Source: Squalus acanthias
Lineage: Eukaryota
DNA: 64,000 bases
Direction: 5' to 3'
Assembly (NCBI GenBank): GCA_030390025.1
Contig: CM059431.1
Coordinates: forward strand, 145,268,001-145,332,000
Shown: positions 1 to 11,287 of the stretch, one piece after another
How the letters are laid out: the number at the start of each line of letters is the position of its first letter
Position numbering within the stretch: position 1 is the stretch's first letter
Program-made: the position numbers and the translations under genes
The notes under the pieces: generated by a model
Databases searched by the model: none
The model's input: only the letters and a program-made list of their open reading frames with translations
Told to the model about the DNA's origin: nothing

Positions 1-625
1 TGGTGCCCAGAATTGGACACAGTACTCCAGTTGGTGCCGAACCAGTGTTTTATATAGGTTCATCATAACGTCCTTGATTTCTAACTCTATACCTCTATTT
101 ATGAAGCCCACGATCCCGTAATCCTTTTGTAACTGATTTCTCAAGCTGCCCTGCCACCTTCAACGATTTGTGCAAACATAGCCCCAGGTCCCTCTATTCG
201 TGCAACCACTTTGGCATCGTACCCTTTAGTTTATATGTTCTCTCCTCATTCTTTCTACCGAAATATATTACTTCACACTTTTCTGCATTGAATTTCATCT
301 GACACGTTACCGGCCATTTCACCAGCCTGTCTTCCTGAAGTCTATCACTATCCTCCGCATTGTTCATTATTGTTCCAAGTTTTGTGTCATCTACAAAGTT
401 TGAAATAGTGCCCTGAACACACCCGTCCAAGTCATTAATATATATCAAGAAAATCAGTGGTCCGAGAACGGACCCCTGGGGAACACCACTATATAGCTTC
501 CTCTGGTCCGAAAAACAACCGTTCATGACTACTCTCAGTTTCCTTTCACCTAGCCAATTTAGTATCCATGCTGCCACTATCCATTTTATTCCATTAGCTT
601 CAACTTTTTACAAAGCATATTATGT
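1..625 (-). mobile_element. CR1-clade LINE ORF2 (RT) fragment, left part of an element split by a younger insertion
   Basis: ORF 194-577(-) has [22 protein letters not shown] and NFVDDTKL (degenerate FADD). The sequence resumes in register at 4945. Confidence 0.9.
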
Positions 626-2505
626 AATGAGAAAGGATTAATTAGCAATCTTGTTGTGCGAGGCCCCTTGGGGAGAGGCGATCGTAATATGATAGAATTC
701 TTCGTTAAAATGGAGAGTGAAGTAGTTAACTCAGAGACTAGGGTCCTGAATTTAAATAAAGGAAACTACGATGGTATGAGGCACGATTTGGCTAGGATGG
801 ATTGCGAAACGTTACTTAAAGGGTCGACGGTGGGTAGGCAATGGCAAACATTTAAAGATCGCATGGTTGAACTACAGAATTTGTTCATCCCTGTTTAGCA
901 TAAAAATAAAACAAAAAGGGTGACTCAAACGTGGCTAACAAGGGAAATTAAGGATAGCATAAAATCCAATGAGAGGATATATAATTTGCCCAGAAAAAGC
1001 AGCAAACCTGAGGACTGGGAGCAATTTAGGATTCAGCAAAGGAGGACAAAGGGATTAATTAAAAGGGGAAAAATAGATTATGAGAGTAAGCTTCAGGGAA
1101 CATAACAGCTGACTGTAAAGGCTTCTATAAATATGTGAAGAGAAAAAGATTGGTGATGTCAAGTGTAGGTCCCTTGCAGTCAGAATCAGGGGAATTTATA
1201 ATGGGGAACAAAGAAATGGCAGATCAATTAAATACATACTTTGGTTCTGTCTGCACAAAGGAGGATTCAAATAACCTCCCAGAGATGTCGGGGAACATAG
1301 GGTCTAATGAGAGGGAGGAATTGAATGATTTTCAGTATTTGTAGGGAAATGCTGTTAGGGAAATTGACGGGATTGAAGGCCGATAAATCCCCAGGGCCTG
1401 ATAATCTACATCCTAGGGCACTTAATGACGTGGCCCTCGAAATAGTAGATGCATTGCTGGTCATCTTCCAAAATTCTATGGTCTCTGGAACAGTTCCCAT
1501 GGATTGGAGGATAGCTAATGTAACCCCACTATTTAAAAAAGGTGGTCGAGAGAAAACGGGGAATTTTCGACCGGTAAGTCTGACATCAGAAGTGGGGAAA
1601 ATGCTAGAGTCCATTATAAAAGATGTAATAGCAGAGCGCTTGGAAAACAGTGACAGGATCGGACAAAGTAAACATGGATATACAAAAGGTAAATCATGCT
1701 TGACTAATCTACTGGAATTTTTGAGGATGTAACTGGTAGAATAGATGAGGGAGAACCAGTGGATGTGGTGTATTTGGACTTTCAGAAGGCTTTCGATAAA
1801 GTCCCGCAAAATAGATTAGCGTGCAAAGTTTAAAGCATACGGGATTGGTAGTAAGGTACTGTCTTGGATAGAGAACTGATTGGCAGACATGAAGCAAAGA
1901 GTTGGAATAAACGGGTCTTTTTCCGAGTGACAGGCAGTGACTAGTGGGGTACCGCAGGGATCGTCGCTAAGACCCCAGCTATTCACAATATATATAAATG
2001 ATCTAGACGAGGGAAGTAGATGTAATATCTCCAAGTTTGCAGATGAAACAATGCTGGTTGGCCGTGTGTGCTGTGAGGAGGATGCAGATAAACTCCAGTA
2101 TGATTTGGACGGTATGGGTGATTGGGCAGATACATGCCAAATGCAGTATAATGTGGATACATGCGAGGTTATGCACTTCGGTGGCAAAAACAGGAAGGCA
2201 GATTATTATCTGAACGCCAATAGATTGGGAAAGGGGAAGTGCAACGAGACCTGGGTGTCCTTGTGCACCAGTCGCTGAAAGTAAGCATGCAAGTGCATCA
2301 GACAGTTAAGAAGGTAAATGGTATGTTGGCCATCATAGCGAGAGGATTCGAGTACAGGAGCAATGACCCTGCAGTTGTACAGGGCCTTGGTGAGATCACA
2401 CCTTGAGTATTGTGTGCAGTTTTGGTCACTTTATCTGAGGAAGGCTGTTCTTGCCATGGAGAGAGTGCAGCCAATATTCACCAGACTGATACCTGGGATG
2501 GCAGG
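626..2505 (+). mobile_element. CR1 LINE ORF2 fragment, truncated at both ends, frameshifted (first unit of a tandem pair)
   Basis: [45 protein letters not shown] and YRALVRSHLEYCVQFW across several frames; ends abruptly at cctgggatggcagg. Confidence 0.9.
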
Positions 2506-4936
2506 TAAAACATACTGTGGAAGAGGAATTCCTAGAGTGTTTACGGTATGATTTTCTGGAACAATATTTCGAGGAACCAACCAGAAATCAGGCCATCTTA
2601 GACTGGGTATTATGTAACGATAAAGGATTAATTAACAATCTTGTTGTACGGGGCCCCTTGGGTCAGAGTGATCATAATATGTTAGAATTCATCATTACGA
2701 TGGAGAGTGAAGTAGTTGAATCAGAGACTCTGGTCCTGAATTTAAATAAAGGAAACTACGATGGTATGAGGCGCGAATTGGGTAGGATTGATTGGGGAAT
2801 GTCACTCAAAGGGTTGACGGTGGATAGGCAATGGCAAACATTCAAAGACTGCATGGATGAACTACAAAATTTGTTCATCCCAGTGTGGCATAAGAATAAA
2901 TCAAAAAGGGTGACTCAACCGTGGCTCACAAGGGAAATTAGGGATAGCATAAGATCCAAGGAGAGGGCATATAAATTGGCCAGATAAAGTGGTAAACCTG
3001 AGGATTGGGAGCAGTTCAGCATTCAACAAAGGAGGACAAATGGATTAATTAAGAAGGGGAAAATAGAATATGAAAGTAAGCCTGTAGGGAACATAAAAAC
3101 TGACAGTGAAGAGAAAAAGATTAGTGAAATCAAGTGTAGGTCCCTTGCAGTCAGAAGCGGGGGAAGTTATAATGGGTAACAAAGCAATGGCAGACCAATT
3201 AAATGCATATTTTGGTTCTGTCTTCACAAAGGAGGACACAAATAACCTCCCAGAGATGTTGGAGAACATAGGGTACAATGAAAGGGAGGAACTGAAAGAA
3301 ATCAGTATTTGCAGGGAAATGGTGTTAGGGAAATTGACGGGATTGAAGGCCGCTAAATCCCCAGGGCCAGATAATCTACATCCTAGGGTACTTAAGAAAG
3401 TGTCCCTAGAAATATTAGATGCATTGCTGATCATCTTCCAGCATTCGATGGAATCTGGAACTGTACCCATGGATTCGAGCGTAGCTAATGTTACCCCACT
3501 ATTCAAAAAAGGGTGTTAGAGAGAAAGTGGGGAATTACTGTAAGCCTGACATCGGTAGTGGCGAAAATACTAGAGTCCATTATAAGGATGTAATAGCTGA
3601 GCGCTTGAAAAACAGTGACAGGATCGGACAAAGTCAACATGGATTTACAAAAGGTAAATCGTGCTTGACACAGCTACTGGAATTTTTTGAGGATGTAACT
3701 GGGAAAATAGATAAGGGAGAACCAGTAGATGTGGTGTATTTGGACTTTCAAAAGGCTTTCGATAAGATCCCGCATAAGAGATTAGTGTGTAAAGTTAAGG
3801 CACATGGGATTGGGGGCAAAGGTATTGACTTGGATAGAGAACTGGTTGGCGGACAGAAAGCAGAGAGCATGAATTAATGGGTCTTTTTCCGAGTGGCAGG
3901 CAGTGACTAGTGGGGTACCGCAGGGATCGGTCCTTGGACTTCAGCTATTCACAATATACATTAATGATCTAGATAAGGGAACTAAATGTAATATCTCCAA
4001 GTTTGCAGATGACATAAAGCTGGGTGAACGTGTGTGTTGCGAGGAGGATACCGAAAAACTCCAGGATGATTTGGACAGATTAGGTGAGTGGGCAGAAGCG
4101 TGGCAGATGGAATATAACGTGGATAAATGCGAGGTTATCCACTTTGGTGTCAAAAACAGAGTGCAGACTATTATCTGAATGTCAATACATTGGGAGAAGG
4201 GGAAGTGCAACGAGACCTGGGGGTCCTTGTGCACCAGTCGCTGAAGGTAAGCATGCAGATGTAGCAGGCGGTGAAGAAGGCAAATGGTATGTTGGCCTTC
4301 GTAGCGAAAGGGTTTGAGTATAGGAACAGGGACGTCCTGCTGCAGTTGTACAGGGCCTTGGTGAGACCACACCTTGAGTACTGTGTGCAGTTTTGGTCGC
4401 ATTGTCTGAGGAAGGATGATCTTGCCATGGAAGCAGTTCAGCGAAGATTCACAAGGCTGATACCTGGGATGGCAGGAATGACATATGAGGAGAGATTGGG
4501 TCGATTGGGCTTGTACTTGCTGGAGTATAGAAGAATGAGAGTGGATCTCATCGAAACATATACATTTCTGACAGATCTGGACAAACTAGATGCAGAAAGA
4601 ATGTTCCCGATGGTCGGAGAGTCCAGAACCAGGTGTCATAATCTAAGCATAAGGGACAAGCCATTTAGGACAGAAATGAGGGTGAATTTCTTCACCCAAA
4701 GAGTGGTGAACCTGTGGAATTCTCTACCACAGAAGTTAGCTGAGGCTAAGTCATTAAATATATTCAAGAATGAGTTAGATATATTTCATAAAGCTAAAGG
4801 TATTAAGGGATATGGGGAGAAGGCAGGTACAGGGTACTGATTTTGGATGATCTGCCATGATCTCATTAAATGGCGGAACAGGCTCGAGGGGCCGAATGGC
4901 CTACTCCTGCTCCTATCTTCTATGTTTCTATGATTC
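2506..4936 (+). mobile_element. CR1 LINE, 5'-truncated with intact 3' end (second unit of the tandem pair)
   Basis: EEPTRNQAILDWVL, KSPGPDNLHPRVLK, YLDFQKAFDKIPH, SKFADDIKL, FFTQRVVNLWNSLP; stop at 4840, then 3' UTR and ctatgttt-type tail. Confidence 0.92.
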
Positions 4937-4944
4937 TATTATGT

Positions 4945-6045
4945 GGCACTTTCACAAACGCATTTTCGAAATCCATGTACCCGACGTCAACCGCATTACC
5001 CTCATCAACACGTACTGATACCTCATCAAATAACTCCATTAAGTTGGTTAAACACGATTTGCCATTAACAAATCCGTGCTGGCTTTCTTTAATTAATCGA
5101 CTCCTATCGAAGTTAATGCTAATTTTGTGCCTGATTACTGTTTCTAAATGCTTCCCACTACCGAGGTTAAACGGACTGGCCTATTGTTGCTGGGTTTATC
5201 CTTACACACTTTTTTAAAATAGTGTAACATTTGCAATTCTCAAATCCTCTGGCACCACCCCCGTATCTATGGAGGTTAGGAATATGGTGGCCAGTACCTT
5301 CCGCGATTTCTGCACTCAATTCCCTCAATCTCGTGGGATGCATCCCATCCGCACCTGGTGATTTATCTACTTTAATAGAGCCAGCCTTTCTAATTCCTCG
5401 TCTTTATCATTTTTTATAATCGCAAATATTCCACTACCTCCACCTTCACTATGTCTATGTCAGCAAACTCTTCCTTGGTGAAGACAGAGACAAAGTACTC
5501 GTTTATTACCTCAGCCATACGCTTTGTCTCCATGCCTCGGTCTCCTTTTAGGTCCCTAATTGGCCCCACCCCTCCTCTTACTACCCTTTTACTATCTATA
5601 TGCCTATAGAAGACTTTTGGATTACCTATTATGTTAGTTGCCATTCTATTCTCATGTCGTCTCTTTGCCCCTCTAATTTTCCTTTTCCCTTCTCCTCTTA
5701 ACATTCTATATATAGTGTACGCCAGCTCATTAAATATATTTAAGAGGGAATTAGATATATTTCTAAAGGCAAAAGGGGTTAAGGGTTACGGAGAGAAGGC
5801 GGGGACGGGATACTGAATTGGAGGATCAGCCATGATCTCATTAAATGGCGGAGCAGGCTCGAAGGGCCGGATGGCCGACTCCTGCTCCTATCTTCTATGT
5901 ATCTATGTATCTATGTATATAGCCAGATTCGCTTATGTCTTTGCAACCTGATATCTGCCATACGAGATCTTTTTCTGCATCATTAAATTCTCTATCTCTT
6001 TCGTCATCTCGGGAGCCCTGACTTTATTGGCCCTGCCCAGTCCTA
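4945..6045 (-). mobile_element. Continuation of the older minus-strand CR1 ORF2
   Basis: Reverse strand reads GNPKVFYRHI, INEYFVSVFTKE and the GFVNGKSCLTNL region; it joins 1-625 across the tattatgt duplication. Confidence 0.85.
5716..5918 (+). mobile_element. Short CR1 3'-end insertion
   Basis: SLNIFKRELDIFLKAKGVKGYGEKAGTGY*, 3' UTR similar to 4750-4930, (ctatgtat)n tail, tatatag on both flanks. Confidence 0.85.
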
Positions 6046-7300
6046 GACTCGCCAACCATCCGAAATAGTTTATCTTTTTCTACTCTATCTGTTCCCCTTA
6101 ATATCTTGAAAACTTCTATCAAATCGCCCATTAACCTTCTAACTTCTAGGGAATGCAACCGTAGTTTGTGTAATCTCTCCTAGAAATGTAACCCTTGGAG
6201 TCGATATATCATTCGAGTAAATCTACGCTTCAGTCTAAAAGGCTAATACATACTTCCGAAGGTGTGGTGGAGAGAACTGAACAGTCTAACCAGGGGTTGT
6301 ATAGCTGTAGCATAACTTCTACCCCTTTTAGTGTAGTCCTCTAGATATAAATACCAGCATTACCTAAGTCTTTTTTGATTATTTTCTGTACCTGTCCACG
6401 ATAATTTAATGATATATTTGCAAGGACCCTTAAGTCTCTTTCGACCTTCACTAATTCCAGCTTTTCACCATTTAGAATATATTCTGATCTACTGTTTTTA
6501 GGTCCTAACTTGATACCTCACACTTGCCTATATTGAAATTCATTTGCCACAGTTTTGCAAATTCAATTAATCTATCAATATATTTGTAATGTTATACGTT
6601 CATCTGCACTGCATGCAATGCTGCCTATCTCTGTGTCATCGTCATACTTGGATACGTGGCTCTCAATCCCATCATCTAATAACTAGGAAGAATAGTTCAG
6701 GCTCATTACAGATCCCCCAGGGACAACACGAGTCATATCCTGCCAATTATGGTACCTGCCCATTATCCGTACACTCTGTAACCTATCGCTCAACCAATTT
6801 CCTAACCAAGAGAGTAATTTGCCTTCAATTCCTTGAGCGTCAATCTTATCGAACAGTCTCTTATGCGGGACTTTACTGAATGCCTTTTTGTACATGTATG
6901 CTAGTTTTTAATGATTTGTGAACTGGGGCTCACAAACCTTTTGGTTCCTCAACAGTTAATAGATTCCCATGATTTCTAAATTACTCCGAATTATCTTACT
7001 TGTTTCCAAAGTGCATGATGTCACACTTTTTAACAATGAACACGATTTGCCATAATTTTGCCACACATTTCATCTGTCTCTGTTTCTCTCTCCACGGATG
7101 CTGCCTGACCTGCTGAGTTTTTCCAGCGTTTTCTGTTGTTATTTCATCTGTCTCTATTCATTTGGTTAGGTCCAGCTCCCATTTGCACTAATACAATGCA
7201 TCCGAACTTAGTTTCATCTTCAAACTTGGATCTACAGCACCCTGTTGCTCCATCCAAATCATTAATAAACATGGTGAAAAGTTGAGTATCCAATAGAGAT
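6046..7300 (-). mobile_element. Old degenerate CR1 fragments
   Basis: ORF 6683-6895(-) KAFSKVPHKRLFDKIDAQGIEGKLLSWLGNWLSDR, with other ORF2-like remnants. Confidence 0.7.
7082..7140. mobile_element. 59-bp retroelement terminal fragment with 15-bp TSD
   Basis: gatgctgcctgacctgctgagtttttccagc core flanked by atttcatctgtctct at 7067-7081 and 7141-7155. Confidence 0.7.
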
Positions 7301-7419
7301 ATCTGGGGAACAGCAGTGCTGACATCTGATGCCGCTGATAAAGAGCGTGTCGTACGTGGAATGGAGACTGTATCTTAAGTGAAGCCTGTGGGAGGCAAAC
7401 AGTAAGCGTCTTTTTTGAG

Positions 7420-8235
7420 AAATGTGCTGTACAGTGATGTTAACCACTTTGGTAGGAAAAATACAAAGTGGAATATTTTTAAATGGTGAGAGATTGGGAA
7501 ATATTGGCATTCACCGGGACCTGGGTGTCCTTGTACAAGAATCACAGAAAATTAACCTGCAGTTACATGAATTGATTAGGAAAGCAAATGGTATGTCAGC
7601 CGTTATGACAAAAACGATTGCAGTATAAGATTAGAGAAGACTTACTGCAATTATGTAGGGCCATGGTGAGACCACACCTGGAGTACTGTGTACAGCTTTG
7701 GTCTCCTTATCTAAGTAATGATATACTGGTCTCAGAGGTAGTACAACGAAGGTTCACTCGTCTGAGTCCTGGGATGGGAGATTGTCCTATGAGGAGATAT
7801 TGAGTAGACCAGGCCTATATTCACTAGAGTTTAGAAGAATCAGAGGTGATCTCATTGAAACGTATATAATTCTTAAGGCGCTTGACAGGGTAGATGCTGG
7901 GAGGTTGTTTCCCCTGGCTGGGGAGTCTAGAACTAGGCATCACAGTCTCAGAATAAGTGGTCGGCCATTTAGAACTGAGAGTAGGAGACATTTTTTCACT
8001 CAAAGTGTGGTGAAGCTTTGCAATTCTTCACCACAGAGGCCTATGGATGTTCAGTCATTGAGCGTATTCAAGACAGCGATTGATATATTTTTGGTACTAT
8101 TGAATCAAGGGATATGGAGATAGGGCGGGAAGCCGGTGTTGAGGTAGATCAGCAATGATCTTATTGAATGGCAGATCAGGCTTGAAGGGCAGGATGGCAT
8201 ACCCCTGCTCCTATTACTTATGTTCTTATGATCTT
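7420..8235 (+). mobile_element. CR1 LINE 3' fragment
   Basis: RPHLEYCVQLWSPYL, GLYSLEFRRIRGDLIETY, HFFTQSVVKLCNS; tail cttatgttcttatg. Confidence 0.88.
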
Positions 8236-8239
8236 AATT

Positions 8240-9380
8240 GTGTCCCCCTGTACGTATATCACTGGCACTGCAAAACTGGTTAGTACTTGTGTCCCAGCAG
8301 TACGTATACCACCATTGCTGCGAGACTAGTCAGTACTTGTGTCGCAGCATTACATATACCACAAATACAGTGTCAGCTGTGGCTCAGCTGGTAGCACCCT
8401 CGCCTCTGAGTCAGAAGGTTGTGAGTTCATATTCCCACTCCGCTTGAGCACAAAAAATCCAGGTTAACACTCCAGTGCAGTATTGAGGGAATGCTGCACT
8501 GTTGGAGGTGCTTCCTTTCGGATGAGACGTTAAACCCCGGCCCCGTCTGCCCTCTCAGGTGGAGGTAAAAGATCTTATGGCACTATTTCGAAGAAGAGCG
8601 GGGGAGTTTCCTATCCAATATTTATCCCTCAATCAACATTACTAAAAGAAACAGAAACTATGTTTATTATCACATTGCTGTTTGTTGGAGCTTGCTCTGT
8701 GCCAATTGGCTGCCACGTTTCCTCTATTACAACACTGTGACTACACTTCATAAATACCTCTCTAAAGTGCTTCGGGATGTCCGGTGGTCGTCAAAGGCAC
8801 TAAATAATTGCAAGTCTTTCTATCTTTCATTGCTACAAAACTGGTCAGTACTCGTGTTCCAGCAGTAGGTTTTCCACCAGTGCTGCAAAGGTTGGGTCAT
8901 CACCAGTAATGCAGTAGTTGTGTCCCCAATAGTGCAACAATAGTGGGGCCTCGAACAGGAATACATTCCCTGATAGCAGCGGAAGAGCATTGTCACCTCT
9001 GGTATAACTGTAGACACCCTATTACCAGAGGAACGTGGTCACGTCTAGTATATGTGGAGGAGTAACACTTGTACCATAGGAGCAGGGTCACCACTGGTGT
9101 ACGATTATGGAACGACTAGTACCGGACGACTACGTTCACCAATAGTTTAAGTGCAGGGCCACCACTAGTGCTGGAGGAAGACAGTCACCTCTCCTATAAA
9201 TGTAGATTGCCTCTAGCACCGTAGAAGCTCTTTCTCCACTAGTGTAAGTGCAGTGCTCCCACTAGTAAAGGAGTAGTACGGTCAACTCCAGTTTAAGTGT
9301 AGGGTTTCAATACTGCAGGAACAGCACGCTCACCTCAACTCTAAGTGTAGGTTTACTACAACTACAGGAGTAACACCGTT
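8240..9380. repeat. Degenerate ~48-50 bp minisatellite interrupted by the SINE
   Basis: Recurring actggtcagtacttgtgtcccagcagta on both sides of the SINE; aagtg(c/t)ag-like motif recurs near 9149, 9199, 9246, 9295 and 9343. Confidence 0.55.
8370..8828 (+). mobile_element. tRNA-derived SINE (DeuSINE/SacSINE1-like) with L2-type 3' tail
   Basis: A box tggctcagctgg and B-box-like gagttcatattcc; central cctttcggatgagacgttaaacc; 3' aaaggcactaaataattgcaagtctttc. Family recognised from memory. Confidence 0.8.
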
Positions 9381-9654
9381 ACTTTTAATGCTGCAGAATT
9401 GGGGTCATCAACAATATTGCAAGACTTGTTTCCCCGCCTGTTCTGGAGGAGTTGGAGCACTGGGACTGAGTCAAGCGCAGGGTCAGGGTTTGAAGTGCAA
9501 GGGGACCTGCCATCACTACTCCAGTGGGAAGAGGGTCAGCACATTTACCGGAGAGGTGACTGTCCGCCTCCAGCACGAGTATTTCGAGATTACAATTTCT
9601 ACTTGCAAATAACGTTTTTTAAACATTTCCAATAACAATTTCAAACATTTCTCT

Positions 9655-9780
9655 TAATCTGACGTATGACATAAAAGAAAACTTGCCTGATTCTATTTGT
9701 TAAATGACCGTAACTAATGCTAATTATGACTTAACCTCATTGACTCGCTGGAGGATTGGTTTGTGGATAAATATAGGTTC
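9655..9780 (+). promoter_or_regulatory. Possible proximal promoter of the GPCR gene
   Basis: CRE-like tgacgta ~9660, ATTGG 9755-9759, TATA-like ataaatata 9767-9775 about 80 bp upstream of the ATG. Confidence 0.35.
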
Positions 9781-9852
9781 ACTTCCATTGCCTCAGCCGT
9801 GCGCCAGTCAGAGTCTTTTAGCTCCGACACTATTCATCCATTCTCACAGAAA

Positions 9853-9922
9853 ATGGGGCGACCAACTATTCTTCTGATCAAAGAGATTTACTACCCGATT
9901 CTCGCAGCAGTCGGTATCCCCG
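9853..9922 (+). CDS. GPR139/GPR142-like GPCR, coding exon 1
   Basis: aaaATGG start; MGRPTILLIKEIYYPILAAVGIP; phase-1 donor g|gtgagc at 9922/9923. Confidence 0.88.
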
Positions 9923-10367
9923 GTGAGCCATTGTAACCTGTTTGTTGTTAATCGGTGTTAATTATCTCCTTGTTCTTACTGCCTGTTGGTTAACGTAACT
10001 CGTTTTCTGGATGTCAGCATTACACAGTCAGTAGTGACTGGACCTACTAGTGAACCGCCTGTCCGCACTTCCGTGTTCTCCTTAATATGATCAAGTTAAT
10101 GATGTTATAAAGCTCTTTGAAGCTCCAACACAAGGATTTTAGCGGACTTTCAGACCGTCTTGTCACCCCGTGCAGAGTGAGCGCTGCAGCAGCTCATTAA
10201 CATGTGTGGGTGGGTTTCCCAGGTAATGGCTCCAAAACTAACTCTCTTCTCACACTGCTCCGTGTGGATAATCACACTGAATGGAGTGAAATGCTCTCCA
10301 CAGGTATCTCCATATATATTTCAATCAGACATTGGAACATTATTTATCTCCTCTCTCTTTATTACAG

Positions 10368-11287
10368 CGAACTTGGTGACAATGGTGATTATCTCCCGAG
10401 GAAACTGCGGCCTTTCCAAGTGTATCTCTGTCTACATGGTGGCCATGGCAACAGCAGATCTACTGGTCATGATCTTCAATGTAATGGTGTATTATATCTT
10501 CAGTTATCACTTTCCACTTTCATTCCTGTTCCACACTCCCGTCTGTAAGTTCATTCTATACATCACCACTGTCAACCTCGAATTGTCTGTCTGGTTCACC
10601 GTCTCCTTCACATTTGACCGATTTGTAGTTATCTGCAGCCAGAAGTTTAAAACAAAGTATTGCACCAAGAAAACCGCGGCCGCGATTATAACTACGTTCT
10701 CTGTTCTGATCTTGTTAAATAACATTCCCTTGATGTTTGCATATAAACCTCAGCAAATAATTAACAAGGTGCAGTGGGGCTGCCGGCCAAGTGTGGCCTT
10801 CTTTACCTCACCTCCAGGTGCAGCGTACTTCTCGTTTCACACAGTCTGGCTAGTTTGGCTTCCTTTTACTTTAATCGCTTTGTGTAATTCTTTGACAGTC
10901 AGACGTATTTTAGTGGCCAGCAGAGCCCGCCAAGGACTCCGTGCTCAGAGGAGTGAGAATCAGTGTGATCCAGAGATGGAGAGCAGAAGGAAATCCATCA
11001 TTTTACTCTTCGCTATATCGGGCAGTTTTATACTGTTGTGGTTGACAGCTGTAGTGAGTTTTGCAACTACCGGACTGACAAACATCAATTATTACCAAGG
11101 TGACCGCACAAACCCAGCCTATATCGCCACTGAAACCGGAGCCATGCTGAAGCTTTTGAGCTCCTGTATAAACCCGTGTATTTTTGCAGCTACCCAGAGG
11201 AAATTCAGAGAAGAGCTGAAGAAATTGCTGAAATCTCCCTGGACACTGATTCTAAGACTGGTTAACAATGAAAGAAATACGAACTAG
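10368..11287 (+). CDS. GPR139/GPR142-like class A GPCR, coding exon 2 (spliced protein 329 aa)
   Basis: Acceptor ctctctctttattacag|cg restores GIP-A-N in TM1; MATADLL (TM2), FTFDRF (TM3), disulfide Cys pair (PVCKF/WGCRP), LPFTLI (TM5), FILLWLT (TM6), SSCINPCIF (TM7), helix 8 KFREEL; uninterrupted to TAG. Confidence 0.92.

Noticed and set aside
8370..8450. tRNA gene
   Set aside because: The A/B boxes belong to a SINE head followed by SINE body and tail; no complete cloverleaf.
10202..10367. N-terminal 55 aa of the 361-aa ORF
   Set aside because: Intron read-through; the true TM1 start is supplied by exon 9853-9922.
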